A stretch of DNA of 64,000 bases from the NCBI RefSeq assembly GCF_009914755.1, contig NC_060936.1, one strand, 5' to 3'. Below, one piece after another: positions 47,723 to 60,938 of the stretch; the stretch's first letter is position 1, and each line of letters begins with the position of its first letter. The notes below the pieces were generated by a model. The model had not been told where the DNA came from. It saw only the letters and a list, made by a program, of their open reading frames with translations, and made no database searches. Both the position numbers and the translations under genes were made by a program. Origin of the DNA: the human T2T-CHM13v2.0 reference genome, Homo sapiens.

Positions 47723-49523
47723 TGACTTATTTCCTTGTAAAGACCACCTGAGGAACTACTTTCCTATGCTACCCCAAATTGTTGCAATGTTCCAGATACT
47801 CACTATTGCCAACTCACTGGGACATCTCTGTAGCTGAGTTGAATCTGAATGTCTGCCCCACTTCTGTAGATGAGTCTCTTACTAGAGGCCAACCCTTACT
47901 CCCTCGTTTTTTCCTGCTGCTGACTGGAACATAGCTAGTAGAGTCTCAAGACATGTAAGACTAACTTTTTATTGTCTTTCCCCATGTCTAACAGGGCATC
48001 TTGTTCAGAAAATAGTTGAATAAGCATGGCCATTTGAAAATTAGTATCAGATTTCACTTTGTTTGAGGGGTCAGATTGATTTACCAAATGAAAACTTGTA
48101 CCTTGATATCTGTTTTAAATGAGAAAAACTTGAGAATAATGAGTCTACTTCTTCAAAATTTATTATGAAATAAAATGTCAAAAGTTCAAGTTCAGAATGA
48201 TGTATATTTAAATGCAACATCCAACTTGTTTCATTTTGGTGCTAACAACTTTTGAGTACGTTCCATGAAACCTCAAACAGCTTTTAAATTTTGTCTTTAA
48301 TTTTGCTATTAAACTATTTCATAGAGACTACAAAGAAAGAAGGAAAGGCAGAAAGAGATAAAGAAAAGGAAGGAAAGAAAGAAGGAAGGAGGAATGAATG
48401 AAAGAAAGAAGGAAACACAGAGAAAAAAGAAAACAGAAAGAAAAAAAAGAAAAGAAACCAATTGGGTTCCTTCGTAGTCCCCTGATGGGTCTATTAGTCT
48501 CTGGGATCCTAACTCTATTGTAAACACAATATTTGGGAATTTATTTTGAAAGAACTAGAAATTGGGTTTAACTAACATTATTATGTGTCAAGTTTCAGTT
48601 GCCAAAAACATTCTGTCCATAGAGAAAAAAAATAGATTGTTTTGCTTCCTAAGGAAATGCATTGAATTTGGAGTATGATGACTGAAAGTACATTGTGTTG
48701 GAAAGTTAAATGCAAGTTAACCAAATGCACATGGCATTGAAAATTTCTCTAAATGTTCTTTGTGGATTTCGGTATACAACCTTGGCACCCCCCACTTCTT
48801 TTTTTTTCTTTCATCTTTTCTTTTTTCTTTCCTTCCTTCCTTTCTTTCATTTTTCTTTCTTTTTTTCTTCAGATAAGCTTATCAGCCTTTCATAGGGATG
48901 TTTTCTGTATCTGGGTCCTAAAGTAGCAAAATAGATTTAGCTGTGAGGGAGTCAATGCAGAAGGAAAACAGTAAGATAGTATGCAGAACAAAATACTGCT
49001 ATAATTGCTTTAAACGCGGCATCACGAGCTATTTGCATTTTTGTCAATTTGCTTAATTAAGCAACAGAATATTAAAAGTAGCTTTCAAGGGCCTCTCTGT
49101 CTCAGCCCAAAGGCAGACATGCAAACAAATAATTAGGATATAATGTAATGGCAAATCATAGTGGAATGAGAGACAAATTGTCTCCTGGATAAGTGAGTCA
49201 TGAAGGCTTCAACAGTATAAATGATGTTTGAACTATGTCTCAAAGGGTGATAAGAATGTGCTGGATGGAGAGGAAAAGAAAGGCATTGTAGGGCAGTGAA
49301 TAGCTAGAGCAAAGGCACTAAGCTGTGAAACTGCAGGGCATGTTAAGGGAAACAGTGAATGACCTGGTGTGGTTCTAGAAATATACTATGTTGGGAAACA
49401 TATACTATGTTGGGAAAAGGGTTCTTGGCATGATGTGACTAGAAAGATAGATTGGAATCAAATGATGAAGAACCTTATATGTAGATCATATGATTTGGGA
49501 CTTGATCTCAGGGTCCTCTGAAG

Positions 49524-49955
49524 TTTTTTTTTTTTTTAAATTCACCATATGTTTAATATTAAGAATACACATTTTTTTTTGTCATAGTGAAATAGGCCTT
49601 TTGGAGAAGGGACATCTTGGAGTAATTGATTTCTCTGCTGAACTCGGCCATTATTTATACTTTTTCTGAGGTTTCTAACATGATAATATTTCCTTCCATT
49701 TATCTACCACCATTCCGATATTGTTCCATTGCCCACTAGTTGTGATCTCCACACATTCATCAAATATTCATAAAGGGATCAGATCACCACAGTATTCCTT
49801 TGGCATGTCTGACACAACTTAATTTTAATGACTACTTCTTGTGCATAATTTTTTCTCTCCAGGAGGGTAAGCTTTGCTTGTGCTACCTACTCACCAGGCT
49901 CAGAGCTGCCTTGAAATAGAATTTGCAGCCTTCCTCATGTGCCTGTGGTATCATC
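49524..49955 (-). pseudogene. SNRPG: Processed pseudogene of SNRPG (Sm protein G); the symbol given is the parent gene
   Basis: Minus strand 49881-49655 reads SKAYPP / MHKK*SLKLSCVRHAKGIL / DPFMN / DECVEITTSGQWNNIGMVV / IIMLETSEKV*, against SmG [76 protein letters not shown]. Intronless, ATG lost (ACA), stop and frameshifts, ATTAAA at 49552-49557, poly(A) at 49524-49537. Confidence 0.93.
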
Positions 49956-50431
49956 AAAGGTTTTTAAGCAGAGGAAGCTGCCACTTTCTGGGTCATTACC
50001 ACCTCTCCCTCATGCTCTCTAACCCCACCTAAGCAGTATATTACATGAACTTTTTATCTCCCACTACTATTCCTCCCAAACTCTCACAGCTTCCTTAATA
50101 CCCAGCCAATTGCCAACATCCTCTTTCTTCAAGCAACTGGTGATTATCATTGCTTCCCAGAATGTATTTGATCCTTAGAACATCCATAGTTTAAAAAAAA
50201 TCTTACTAACCAGGCAGTTAACATCCTTTTCATGGTCATCCATGGCTTGGTGGCCTTGGACATATGACCTCCATGTCAATTCAAGCAAGTTCTGCACCCC
50301 TTTTAGAGATTAGACTAACTTTTAATAAATATTTATTGAATACCCATTATGTGAGGGATGTCATAGGCATTGAAAGACAATGATGAATAAAACAAATGAG
50401 ATATCTGCCCTCAGGAGTTTATGGCCTGTAA

Positions 50432-50655
50432 CAGGTGTTGGCAAACTACACCCCGTGGGTCAAATCTGGCCCACCATCTGTTTTTGACTATAAAGTTTTA
50501 TTGAAACACAGCCATATTCATTCTTTTGTGTATTACCTGTGGCTGCTTTTATGCTACAAAGTCAGAGTTACATAGTTGCAACAGAGGCTATGTGACCTGA
50601 AAATCCCAAAACATTTACTATTTCACCATTTACAAAGAGAGTTTGCTAATCCTTG
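50432..50655. mobile_element. MER58A hAT MITE
   Basis: caggtgttggcaaacta...taaagttttattgaaacacagcca...gtttgctaatccttg. Confidence 0.88.
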
Positions 50656-50661
50656 GCCTAA

Positions 50662-50936
50662 ACCAAGCTTCTTGAACAATCTGTAATGAAAGATTAGTTA
50701 AAAACTTAAAAAATTATTGTAGACATGTTTTCTAGCTTTTTATAAAAATGAGTTTTTAGAAAAACAAACAAAAAAATCAAACATACAAAATACAAGCTCA
50801 GAATACTATGTCAAATTGTTTTACAAGTTTCTAAATACTTAATCTAGTTTCTGTATTTATCTCCTGGATGATGAGTAATAAATAGTTCGCAGACAAGCAC
50901 CCGTGAGCTTTGAGACCACACTGTGAGTAGTGCTAG
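50662..50936. mobile_element. hAT-Charlie element (Charlie18a-like)
   Basis: aaatacaagc...tgtcaaattg...aagtttctaaa...agttcgcagac...gaccacactgtgagtagtgct. Confidence 0.7.
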
Positions 50937-51210
50937 CCTAGAAGTTAAGACAGAAATCAAGCAAATAATAACACTAATAATTATCCTAGATCAAATTTTA
51001 CTAATAGCTATGATAAAAAATCATAAAGTGATATGCGGCTGAATTTTAGGGGAGACCAAGACAGGGTTTTATGAAGGGATGAACTTTGAGCTGAGATTAT
51101 AGAGTGAATGTGAATTAACCAGACACAAAGTGTGTCTTTGCTGGGGTCTGATGATGTTAAAAGAACAACCATGGCAATGGAAATACATGTGCAAAAGCCC
51201 TAGGTGGGAA

Positions 51211-51908
51211 TGAGGCAGGAGAACAGGGTCTAGAGGCAGGGAACCTAAGGCTGTTTCTTGCCGACTTCCTAGAACTAAAAAGAAAGGAAAACCCTAACTT
51301 TCCATGCCTAAGTAACAAAAGGACCAGAGGCTACTCCCTTTGCAAACCCCCCATCTTTTCTGGGCGGCCGATGGGAAATTGGCTGTCGGCAACAAATCAT
51401 ACTGCCAGTCTTCGTTTGCAACTTTGTAACTTCACTCCAGCCTCTGAATGGTTGCTGTCCACAACCAGTCAGACTGATTGCGGGCGGAGTCTTTGTTTGC
51501 ATAGAGGTATAACTTTGTAACTCACCTTAGCCTCTGATTGGTTGCAAAAAGCAATGTTTGCACAGGAGTGTGAACTTTATAATTTCACTTCAGCCTCTGG
51601 TTGGCTGCTTTCTGCAACCAATCAGACTGATTGCGGGCTACCACTTCATTTACATGAGGTGAGTATGAAGTGGCCAATGGGAAACTTCTAGTGGGTATTT
51701 GGACCCAAGAAGATTCTGTATCCTGGCCCTTGAGCAGCTGTTGGGGCCCCTCCCACACTGTGGAGCGTACTTTCATTTTCAATACATCTCTGCTTTTGTT
51801 CTTTTGTTGCTTCATTCTTTCTTTGCTTTGCTGGGCGTTTTGTCCAGTTCTTTGTTCAAAACGCCAACAACTTGGAAAACTTGCAGTCAAGACCCTCTAC
51901 TGGTGACA
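51211..51908 (+). mobile_element. MER51 (MER51A-like) ERV1 solo LTR
   Basis: Starts tgaggcaggagaacagggtctagaggcagggaacctaagg, ends ggtgaca; repeated CCAAT-containing units; flanks ggaa/ggca. Confidence 0.9.
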
Positions 51909-51914
51909 GGCAGA

Positions 51915-52205
51915 AACTTACTATGTGTCTGTAACTGTTTTAAACACTTTATGTATATTTCTCCTTTAATACCCTCTTCAGTCTATAAGGTCATTATCAT
52001 CATCTCACTCATGCTTTTCATCATAAATTAAGCAATTCATTAACATGCCCTTTTTATCATCTATTTTATATATGAGAAACCTGAGGAGTAGAGATGTGAA
52101 ATAACTTATTCAAAATCACTTAGATGGCTAGTGAGGCATAGAGTTGGAATTGGTTTCCAGGGGTATTTGATATCACAGTCTGTGCTTTCATCCATTGTGC
52201 TATGC
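51915..52205 (-). mobile_element. MIR SINE
   Basis: Core attttatatatgagaaacctgagg...agagatgtgaaataactt. Confidence 0.7.
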
Positions 52206-52683
52206 AAGTATCATTTTTAATCATAATAACCCATGATTTCAACCCTGGAGGCATTTGCCTCTAGTTTCCAGCAATCCTAAACAACTATCTTAATTTTACT
52301 GTCTTCCTTGGCAAAGCTAGAACATATAATTAGCTTTATCAAATTTCCAACAATTTCCACATAAGTGGAGAACCAGGCTAGTCAATGAAGACTAGAATTA
52401 GGTGCCACAGCCTTTGGTAGCACCTAGTAGAAGAGGTATATGGCTTGTATCAGAATTAGGTTTATCTGTGAGTAATAGAAACCCTAAATGACACTTGCTT
52501 CAAGACTCTAACTTGTTTCTTTATTATGTAAACCTCCCCAGACGAGAGCTTATCCAGAGCTGTATTCCAGGAAGTCACCAAGGCCCGTATCTTGTGTTCT
52601 GACATCTGTAGCAAGCCATCTCATAATCCAAGATGACTGGACACTGTATTCATTTCTCAGGGCTGCTGTAATAAAGTCCTACA

Positions 52684-53214
<531 letters not shown>

Positions 53215-53294
53215 AATACAGTGCTACAAGCTAGGTGGTTTAAAATAACAGAAATTTGTTATCGTAGCTCTGGAGGCTGAAAGTTCAATGGTAA

Positions 53295-54571
53295 TGTGTC
53301 CGGAATTGGTGGATTCTTGGTCTCACTGACTTCAAGAATGAAGCCACGTACCCTCGCGGTGAGTGTTACAGTTCTTAAAGACGGCCTGTCCGGAGTTTGT
53401 TCCTTCTGATGTTCGGGTGTGTTGGGAGTTTCTTCCTGCTGGTGGGTTCATGGTCTCCCTGGCTCAGGAGTGAAGCTGCAAACCTTCGCAGTGAGCGTTA
53501 CAGCTCTTAAGGCGGGGCCTCTAGGAGTTGTTCTTTCTTCCCGGTGGGTTTGTGGTCTCCCTGGCTTCAGGAGTCAAGCTGAAGCTTCAGACCTTTGCAG
53601 TGAGTGTTACCGCTCATAAAGTCAGGGTGGACCCAGAAAGCAAGCAGCAACAAGATTTATTGCAAAGTGCGAAAGAACAAAGCTCCCACCCAGAGGAAGG
53701 AGACCCAAGGGTTGCCACTGCTGGCTCCAGCAGCCTGCTTTTATTCTCTCATCTGGCACCGCCCCCCCCCCCCCCCCCATCCTGCTGATTGGCCCATTTT
53801 ACAGAGAGCTCATTGGTCTGTTTTACAGAGAGCGGATTTGTCCGTTTTGACAGGGTGCTGATTGGTGTATTTACAATCCCCTAGCTAGACATAAAGGTTC
53901 TCCAAGTCCCCACTAGACTCAGGAGCCCAGCTGGCTTCACCCAGTGGATCCTGCACAGGGGTCACAGGTGGGGAGCTGCCTGCCAGTCCCGCACCATGCG
54001 GCCACACTCCTCAGCCCTTGGGTGGTCGATGGCACCGGATGCCGTGGAGCAGGGGGCGGCGCTTGTCGGGGAGGCTCAGGCGGCGCAGGAGCCCACGGCG
54101 GGGAGAGAGGGGAGATTCAGGCAGGGCTGCAGGTACAGAGCCGTTCCCCGCCGGGAGGCAGCTAAGGCCCGGCGAGAAATTGAGTGCAGCGCCGGTGGGC
54201 CAGTACTGCTGGGGGACCCGGCGCCCCCTCCGCAGCTGCTGGCCCGGGTGCTAAGCCCCTCATTGCCTGGGGCCGGCAGGGCCCGCCGGCCGCTCCGAGT
54301 GCTGGGCCCGCCAAGCCCACGCCCACCCGGAACTCTAGCTGGCCCGCAAGCGCCGCTGCAGTCCTGGTTCCCGCCCGGGTTCCCGCCTGTGCTTCTCCTT
54401 CCACACCTGCCTGCAAGTCCAGGGAGCCGGCTCCGGCCTCTGCCAGCCCAGAGAAGGGCTCCCACGGTGCAGTGGCGGGCTGAAGGACTCCTCAAGCACA
54501 GCCAGAATGGGCGCTGAGGCCGAGGAGGCACCGAGAGCGAGGGAGGGCTGCCAGCACAGTGTCACCTCTCA
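53295..54571 (-). mobile_element. LTR12 (ERV-9, LTR12C-like) solo LTR
   Basis: Minus strand starts TGAGAGGTGACA and ends AATTCCGGACACA; perfect 4-bp TSD gtaa at 53291-53294 and 54572-54575; CpG-rich U3. Confidence 0.97.
53710..53870 (-). promoter_or_regulatory. ERV-9 LTR core promoter (three CCAAT boxes, G-run, AATAAAA TATA-equivalent)
   Basis: ATTGG at 53788, 53812 and 53861 on +; C17 at 53762-53778; ttttatt at 53739-53745. Activity is not shown by sequence. Confidence 0.65.
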
Positions 54572-55369
54572 GTAAGGCCTTGCCATCACCAAGGTTTTCT
54601 CTGAAGAATGTGGGAGATGCTGCTACTTTGCCTCTTCTAGCTTATGCTCTTTGCTGGCATTCCTTGATTTCCTTGGCTGGCAGATCCATTGCTTTTATTT
54701 CTGTCTCTGTCATCACATGACTTTGTTCTGTCTGTGTCTCTCCACATCATCTGCCCTCTGTGCCTGTCTTTGTGTCTTCACATGGCATTCTCCCTGTGTG
54801 TTTCAATTTTCCTCTTCTTACATTTCTTCTTCTGGAAATATAATGACCTATTCTTAACTTGGTTAAACCTATAAAGACCTGTTTTCAAATAAGGTAACAT
54901 TCACAGGTACTGGGGATTACGATTTCAGCTTTTTTTGTGGGGAAGGAGGAGGTTGTAACAATTTAACCCATAACATGTTCCAAAATCATGTTTACATTCC
55001 AACTTTCATAAATAGGAGATCATGCCTCTTTCCCTTAAGAATACTTTCTATTATATATGATGTACAGAAAAATTCTGCTTATACTGGTCCTGTATAGGTG
55101 CAAATGAGTTGGTCAGCTTTGTGCCCAGCTAAATCAGAGGTTCTGGTACTAAGGAAGAAGGAATGCATCCATATTGAATGACAGCAAGCAGTACCTGCCA
55201 TATGGTCTACAATTACTCTTCACACCTGCTACACTTTGTCATTTCTTGATCTATTGGATTGCAATGTTTGACACTCCCACAGAAAGCTACTTCATCACAC
55301 ACATCACCTGTTTTAGGCTGGAACAGAGATGTAGGGCTCCCTGGAAGTTTTTAACAAGCCACTACCATG

Positions 55370-55560
55370 GTGTAGTGGGGAAATACAATTGGAATCGGAT
55401 TGTAGTTGTATAACTTACTGATGTGATCTTGAGCTATTCAGTAAGCTCTAAGTCTCAATTTCCTCATCTGTAGATTGGGGATAATCATTTCTGCCTCATG
55501 TAATTGCTATATGGCTTCAGTGGGATAGTATTTGAAAGTTCCTGGCACAAATCAGATACG
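55370..55560 (+). mobile_element. MIR SINE
   Basis: Core ctctaagtctcaatttcctcatctgtagattggggataat. Confidence 0.8.
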
Positions 55561-55974
55561 TTTTAACTGTTTGTTAGATACGGATCTAGGAAGGAGAAGC
55601 AGGAGGAAAAGAAAAAAGGAAGGAGGTGGGGGAGAAAAATGGCTTTCTTGACATAACAGTGTCATTTAAAGAGAAGCTTGAGAAAAATGGATATTTCCTT
55701 AAGTGTCCTTTTAAGCAAGTCATGGTTCTTTTGAGAGAACAATGATCTACCTACTTTCAGCAGTTCTTTTGATATGATATATAACCACCTCACGCTATAC
55801 TGAATTATTATTTGAGGAGTAATTCTCAGCCTTGTCAGAAAGAAATATCACTGAACAGATAATATCACAAGCCCCTAAGAAGTGACAGCTATTGTGATTG
55901 CAGTAACTTAGAGGAGTCCAAATGATTTTTTGGGCATTATATAGGTAAAACATACAATATTTCTGGCAGGCATT

Positions 55975-56903
55975 TTTTATTTTATTTTTAAGTTCTGGGG
56001 TACACGTGCAGGGTATGAAGGTTTGTTACATAGGTAAATGTGTGCCATGGTGGTTTGCTGCACCTATCAACCAACCCATCACCTAGGTATTAAGCCCAGC
56101 ATGGATTAGCTCTTTTTCCTTATGCTCTCCTTCCCCTTCCCCACCCTCCCCCAACTAGCCCCCGTGTGTGTTGTTCCCCTCCCTGTGTGCATGTGTTCTC
56201 ATTGTTAAGCTCCCACTTGTAAGTGAGAACAAGCGGTGTTTGGTTTTCTGTTCTTGTGTTAGTTTGATGAGGATGATCATTTCCAGCTTCATCTGTGTCC
56301 CTGCAAAGGACATGATCTCATTCCTTTTTATGGCTGCATAGTATTCCATGGTGTATATGTGCCACATTTTCTTTATCCAGTCTACCATTGATGGGCATTT
56401 GGGTTGATTCCCCATCTTTGCTATTGTGAATAGTGCTGCAGGGAACATACGTGTGCATATATCTTTAAAATAGAGTGATTTGTATTCCTTTGGGTATATA
56501 CTCAGTAATGAGATTGCTGGGTCAAATGGTATTTCCAGTTCTAAATCTTTGAGGAATTGCCACACTGTCTTTCACAATGGTTGAACTAATTTACGTTCCC
56601 ACCAACAGTGTAAAAACGTTCCTAATCTTCCACAAGCTCGCATTTTTCGAGCATTTGTTGTTTCTTGACTTTTTAATAATTGCCATTCTGGCTTGTGTGA
56701 GATGGTATCTCATTGTGGTTTCGATTTGCATTTCTCTAATAATAAGGAATGTTGAGCTTTTTTTCACATGTTTCTTGGCCACATGTATGTCTTCTTTTGA
56801 AAATTGTCTGTTCATATCATTTGCCTATTTTTCAATGGGGTTGCTTGTTTTCTTCTTGTAAATTTGCTTAAGTTCCTTGTAGAATCTGGATATTAGACCT
56901 TTG
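55975..56903 (-). mobile_element. 5'-truncated L1PA (PA8-PA11-like) LINE-1
   Basis: 3' UTR plus ORF2 C-terminus (ORFs 56155-56565, 56591-56815); TSD tctgRcagRcatt at 55962-55974 and 56904-56916. Confidence 0.95.
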
Positions 56904-56915
56904 TCTGACAGACAT

Positions 56916-58100
56916 TGTAGCAAATAGAGTCAGCTATTTGTCCCACAATATACAATCCCTCTCCCTTTCCATGTATGTAGTCAGTCAAATTTTTAGCTGG
57001 GACACATGGCCACCTACCAAATGACATTTCTCAGCCTTCCTTGCAGGTAGGTGTGGCTATATGATCAAACATTTGCGAATGGATATGAACATAAGTAATG
57101 TATGCAACTTCTGGTCATTTTTTGTTTGTTTTTTTGTTTGTTTTGAGATGGAATCTTGCTCTGTCTCCTAGGCTAGAGTGCAATGGTGCCATCTCGGCTT
57201 GCTGCAGCCCCCACCCTCCAGGTTCAAGCGATTCTCCTGCCTCAGCCTCCTGAGTAGCTGGGATTACAGGTGCTTGCCACCATGCCTGGCTAATATTTGT
57301 AATTTTTAGTAGAGATGGGGTTTCACCATGTTGGCCAGGCTGTCTTGAACTCCTGACCCCAGGTGATCCACCCACCTCAGCTTCCCAAAGTGCTAGCATT
57401 ATAGGCGTGAGCCACCACACCTGGCCCTGGTCATGTCTTTAAAAGGGAGAGATATGTCCTTCAATTTATCTTTTCTCTTTCCTGTTACCTGGGATGTGGA
57501 TGTGGTGTTGAACATTTTTTGACATGGGCAACTACTTAGGACAGTAGAACAACAAGATGACAGAAGCCTGGGCCCCAATATCAAGGAGCTGCTCTTCCAG
57601 CCAAGTTTTGCTTAAACTTGGATTGTTACATGAAAATAAACTATTTTGCTTAAACCACTGTTATTTTGGGGTTTTATTATAGCAAGTGAACCTGTATCCT
57701 AAAAATGACAGGTTTTGGTAACCTAAAAATGGGCACTGACTGAGTGGCCAGGCAGTGGGTACAAGAACACGGTTAATATCATCTGGAAGGCTGTCCACAT
57801 TTATTATACTGTGGAAAAATATTTGGAAAGCTGTCATCCACAATAACTTGGAAAGCAGACCAAATGCTCTTGGAAGCCATAGCTTTAAAAGAAAAGGTTA
57901 AAAAAAATTCAAGATGTTGGAATGTATTGGCTGCTTCTTTACTTCTTTCAGTAAAGTTTTCAAAACAGATATGGATTGAGTCCAGTTGCAAACAAAGATG
58001 AAAGAGAATACAACTTTCCTAAGAGAAGACTAATCATTGAGCAATTTAGGGCCCCCAGAAGGTTGAAAGAACCAATTGCTTCTGCAGTACAAATGAAAGT
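56916..58100 (+). mobile_element. MaLR LTR (MLT1I/J-like, to ~57710) followed by probable MLT-int
   Basis: catttctcagccttccttgcaggtaggtgtggc and ttaaaccactgttattttgggg; then ggttttggta..., the start of the internal region. Confidence 0.7.
57119..57426 (-). mobile_element. AluS inserted in MLT1
   Basis: Full dimer; TSD ctggtcat. Confidence 0.95.
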
Positions 58101-59082
58101 AATGACAAGCGGTGGCTATGAGGAATAGATGTGGCAGGAAGATAGTTTCAGTTCCTCTTTACTACCAGCTCTCTCCCCAGCAAGTCCAAATAAAAATAAT
58201 AATGTTTTCAAACAGATTCTCATAAGTGTTCAATAAGGCATCTTTTACAATTTTTAATTTTTCCACTGGGACTAACAATTTAAAAGGAGTGTTCTTACTA
58301 TTCAAATAGAGCCTTAAGTAAATTCAGCCAGTCCAAAGATCTTCAAAACAAAATATGCACATTCTTGGGTTACAAGAATTATTCCCAGGGGAGCACTTGG
58401 ACACATATAACTTTAACTTTCATGTTTATTATTTCAAAAATTGAACTGCCTGAGAATTTCCCCATGGTCAAGAGCCATTGTACTTCTTTATTGTCTTCCC
58501 TTTCACAATTGCCCTTGTCCCACTAAACTTCGAAAGGTCTACTACCTCTCTCCCATCTCCAATCTTATAATACTGTAAATGTACAATACTTTATGATATT
58601 TGCAATGATTTATGGCTAATACATATAATAACCAGATGATTTTTAATGAAACACTTAGACCATTGAGATCATAGAGAAAAACCTATTTACATAATTTCAA
58701 TTTATATACATAGTTTTATTGCAAAGAAATATGATGAAGGTGATCAATGTGAGGGTGTAAGCACAAAAATATATTAACGTACAATTCTGTGAGGGAGTGA
58801 AAAGGAAACATGAATTCAAGGAGCAAAAGGGACTATTAAAGAGCAACTTATTGACATTTAGAAAAATGAATGATGGTAGTGTTAAATCACCATATTATTT
58901 ACATTCTTTAAGTAATATAATATTTTTAAAATATCAATATATACAATATGTTGGAATTGCCTCTTTTGCTACTAGTGGTTAGACTTATGAGAACATTTTT
59001 ATATTTAGACTTTAAAACGTTTGAGGGACTTCATAGTATCTAAATGTTCTTTAATTGTATATTCCAAGCAAAAATGTTTTAA

Positions 59083-59298
<216 letters not shown>

Positions 59299-60640
59299 TA
59301 AATTACTCCCCATAAGCCCCTTGTAGATGTGGAATTATGGCCCCTTGGTTTGCTCCTGAGCAAATAATCCTTTGTTTGGAATTGTGGATGACTCCTGGAT
59401 GGTTGTATATTGTCTAGGGAGCCAAATGAGATCAGCAGAAGTTTTGTCTGCATGAAGTATAGAGGAGGTTAAGCTTCAGACTTGGGCATAATAGATGGGC
59501 CTTTCAGTTTAAGTATAAACAGTAACAGTAGGTTATTTGAGGTGAAGAAAGATACATGGAAATGGCAACAATGTGCGCCTTTCTTCTTTTTATGAGGCTT
59601 TCCTTTTCAGAAAAGTTGAAAATATAACTTTCTCAGTCCTTCCATATTTGATACTGTCACTTGGAGATAATCTTGCTGAAACAGTGTTACTCTACATGTT
59701 TTTCTTGTATCCAAAGCAAATACTAGTTTCCAGATCTTTGTATTTTTCAAATAGGACTGTTAGAGTTCTCAATTATGAACTGCATTCATTCTGCTATAGC
59801 TAGAAGGCTTGGCAAGTGTTTTATAACAGAACATTGTATACCTTATTAGGTTTGTTACTTTTTTTTTTTTTAAACAGTGGAGATTTGGAAGAACAAGTCA
59901 ATGGAATGTTTTATTAACACTGTAGCTTGATTTTCTAATAAGGAAAAAATTATTAGACCTGTATTAGCACACCGATCAATTCTTAAAATATATGAAGATA
60001 AGGATTGAGTGTTATATTAATAAAACTTTAATTTCTCTTTAGCAGAAGAAATTTCCTCTCCACTATAGTTTGTACTTATTGTTCCTGTTAAAGCCAACTA
60101 TAAAAGACTAACAAAGCATGTTATAATTTGTCTTCTAACTGGAATATATTGATTTTTTATGTTTTACCAATTTTCCCCATGGAAATAAGAGAAATAAGTC
60201 TTGCATTTACTTTACCTGTGGAGTTGAATATTCAGTAGGGACTCTTATCCTGCCATATTTCTCTGGGAACTGCTCATTCTACAGCAGGAATGTCTCCCTC
60301 TCCTAATAGTCTTATTTCTATGAAAAGACCCACTTCCAAAGTACTAAGTTGATTGGACCCAGGATTGGAGCTTTCCTCCCCTTCTCAACCTAAGCTGAGC
60401 CAATCTGATTCTCTTTCAGGAATTTAGCAGCAGGGCTGAGAGACTGGAATTTGTTCTCTACCTGTGACTGAGCCTTTTGCTTATTATCTTGGAGCTGAGG
60501 ACATAGCTTGCCTTTGCAAAAGAAAAGATGTCTGATCCCTAACATTAATCGAACCAGGAGCAAGAGTACAAATGGTGGCTCTCATAACTGTGTTTAAATA
60601 TTTGAAAGGCCATAAATTAAGAAAACAAACTACAAATAAG

Positions 60641-60938
60641 TTTTTTTTTTTTTTTAAGACGGGGTCTCACTCACTCTGTCGCCCAGGCTGGAGTGCAGTG
60701 GCATGATCTCGGTTCACTGCAACCTCTGCTTCCTGGGTTCGAGTCATTCTCGTGCCTCAGCCTCCTGAGTAGCTGGGACTTCAAGCACCTGCTACCATGC
60801 CCAGCTAATTTTTGTATTTTTTGTGGAGATGGTTTCACCATGTTGGTCAGGCTGGTCTTGAACGCCTTATCTCAGGTGATCCACCCCTTTGGCCTTCCAA
60901 AGTGCTGGGATTACAGGCGTGAACCACCACACCCAATT
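60641..60938 (-). mobile_element. AluS/J
   Basis: Full diverged dimer; TSD caaataag. Confidence 0.93.

Noticed and set aside
53944-54565. GC-rich ORFs up to 173 aa and a CpG-island-like stretch suggesting a gene's first exon
   Set aside because: Entirely inside LTR12 U3; high GC content explains the lack of stops.
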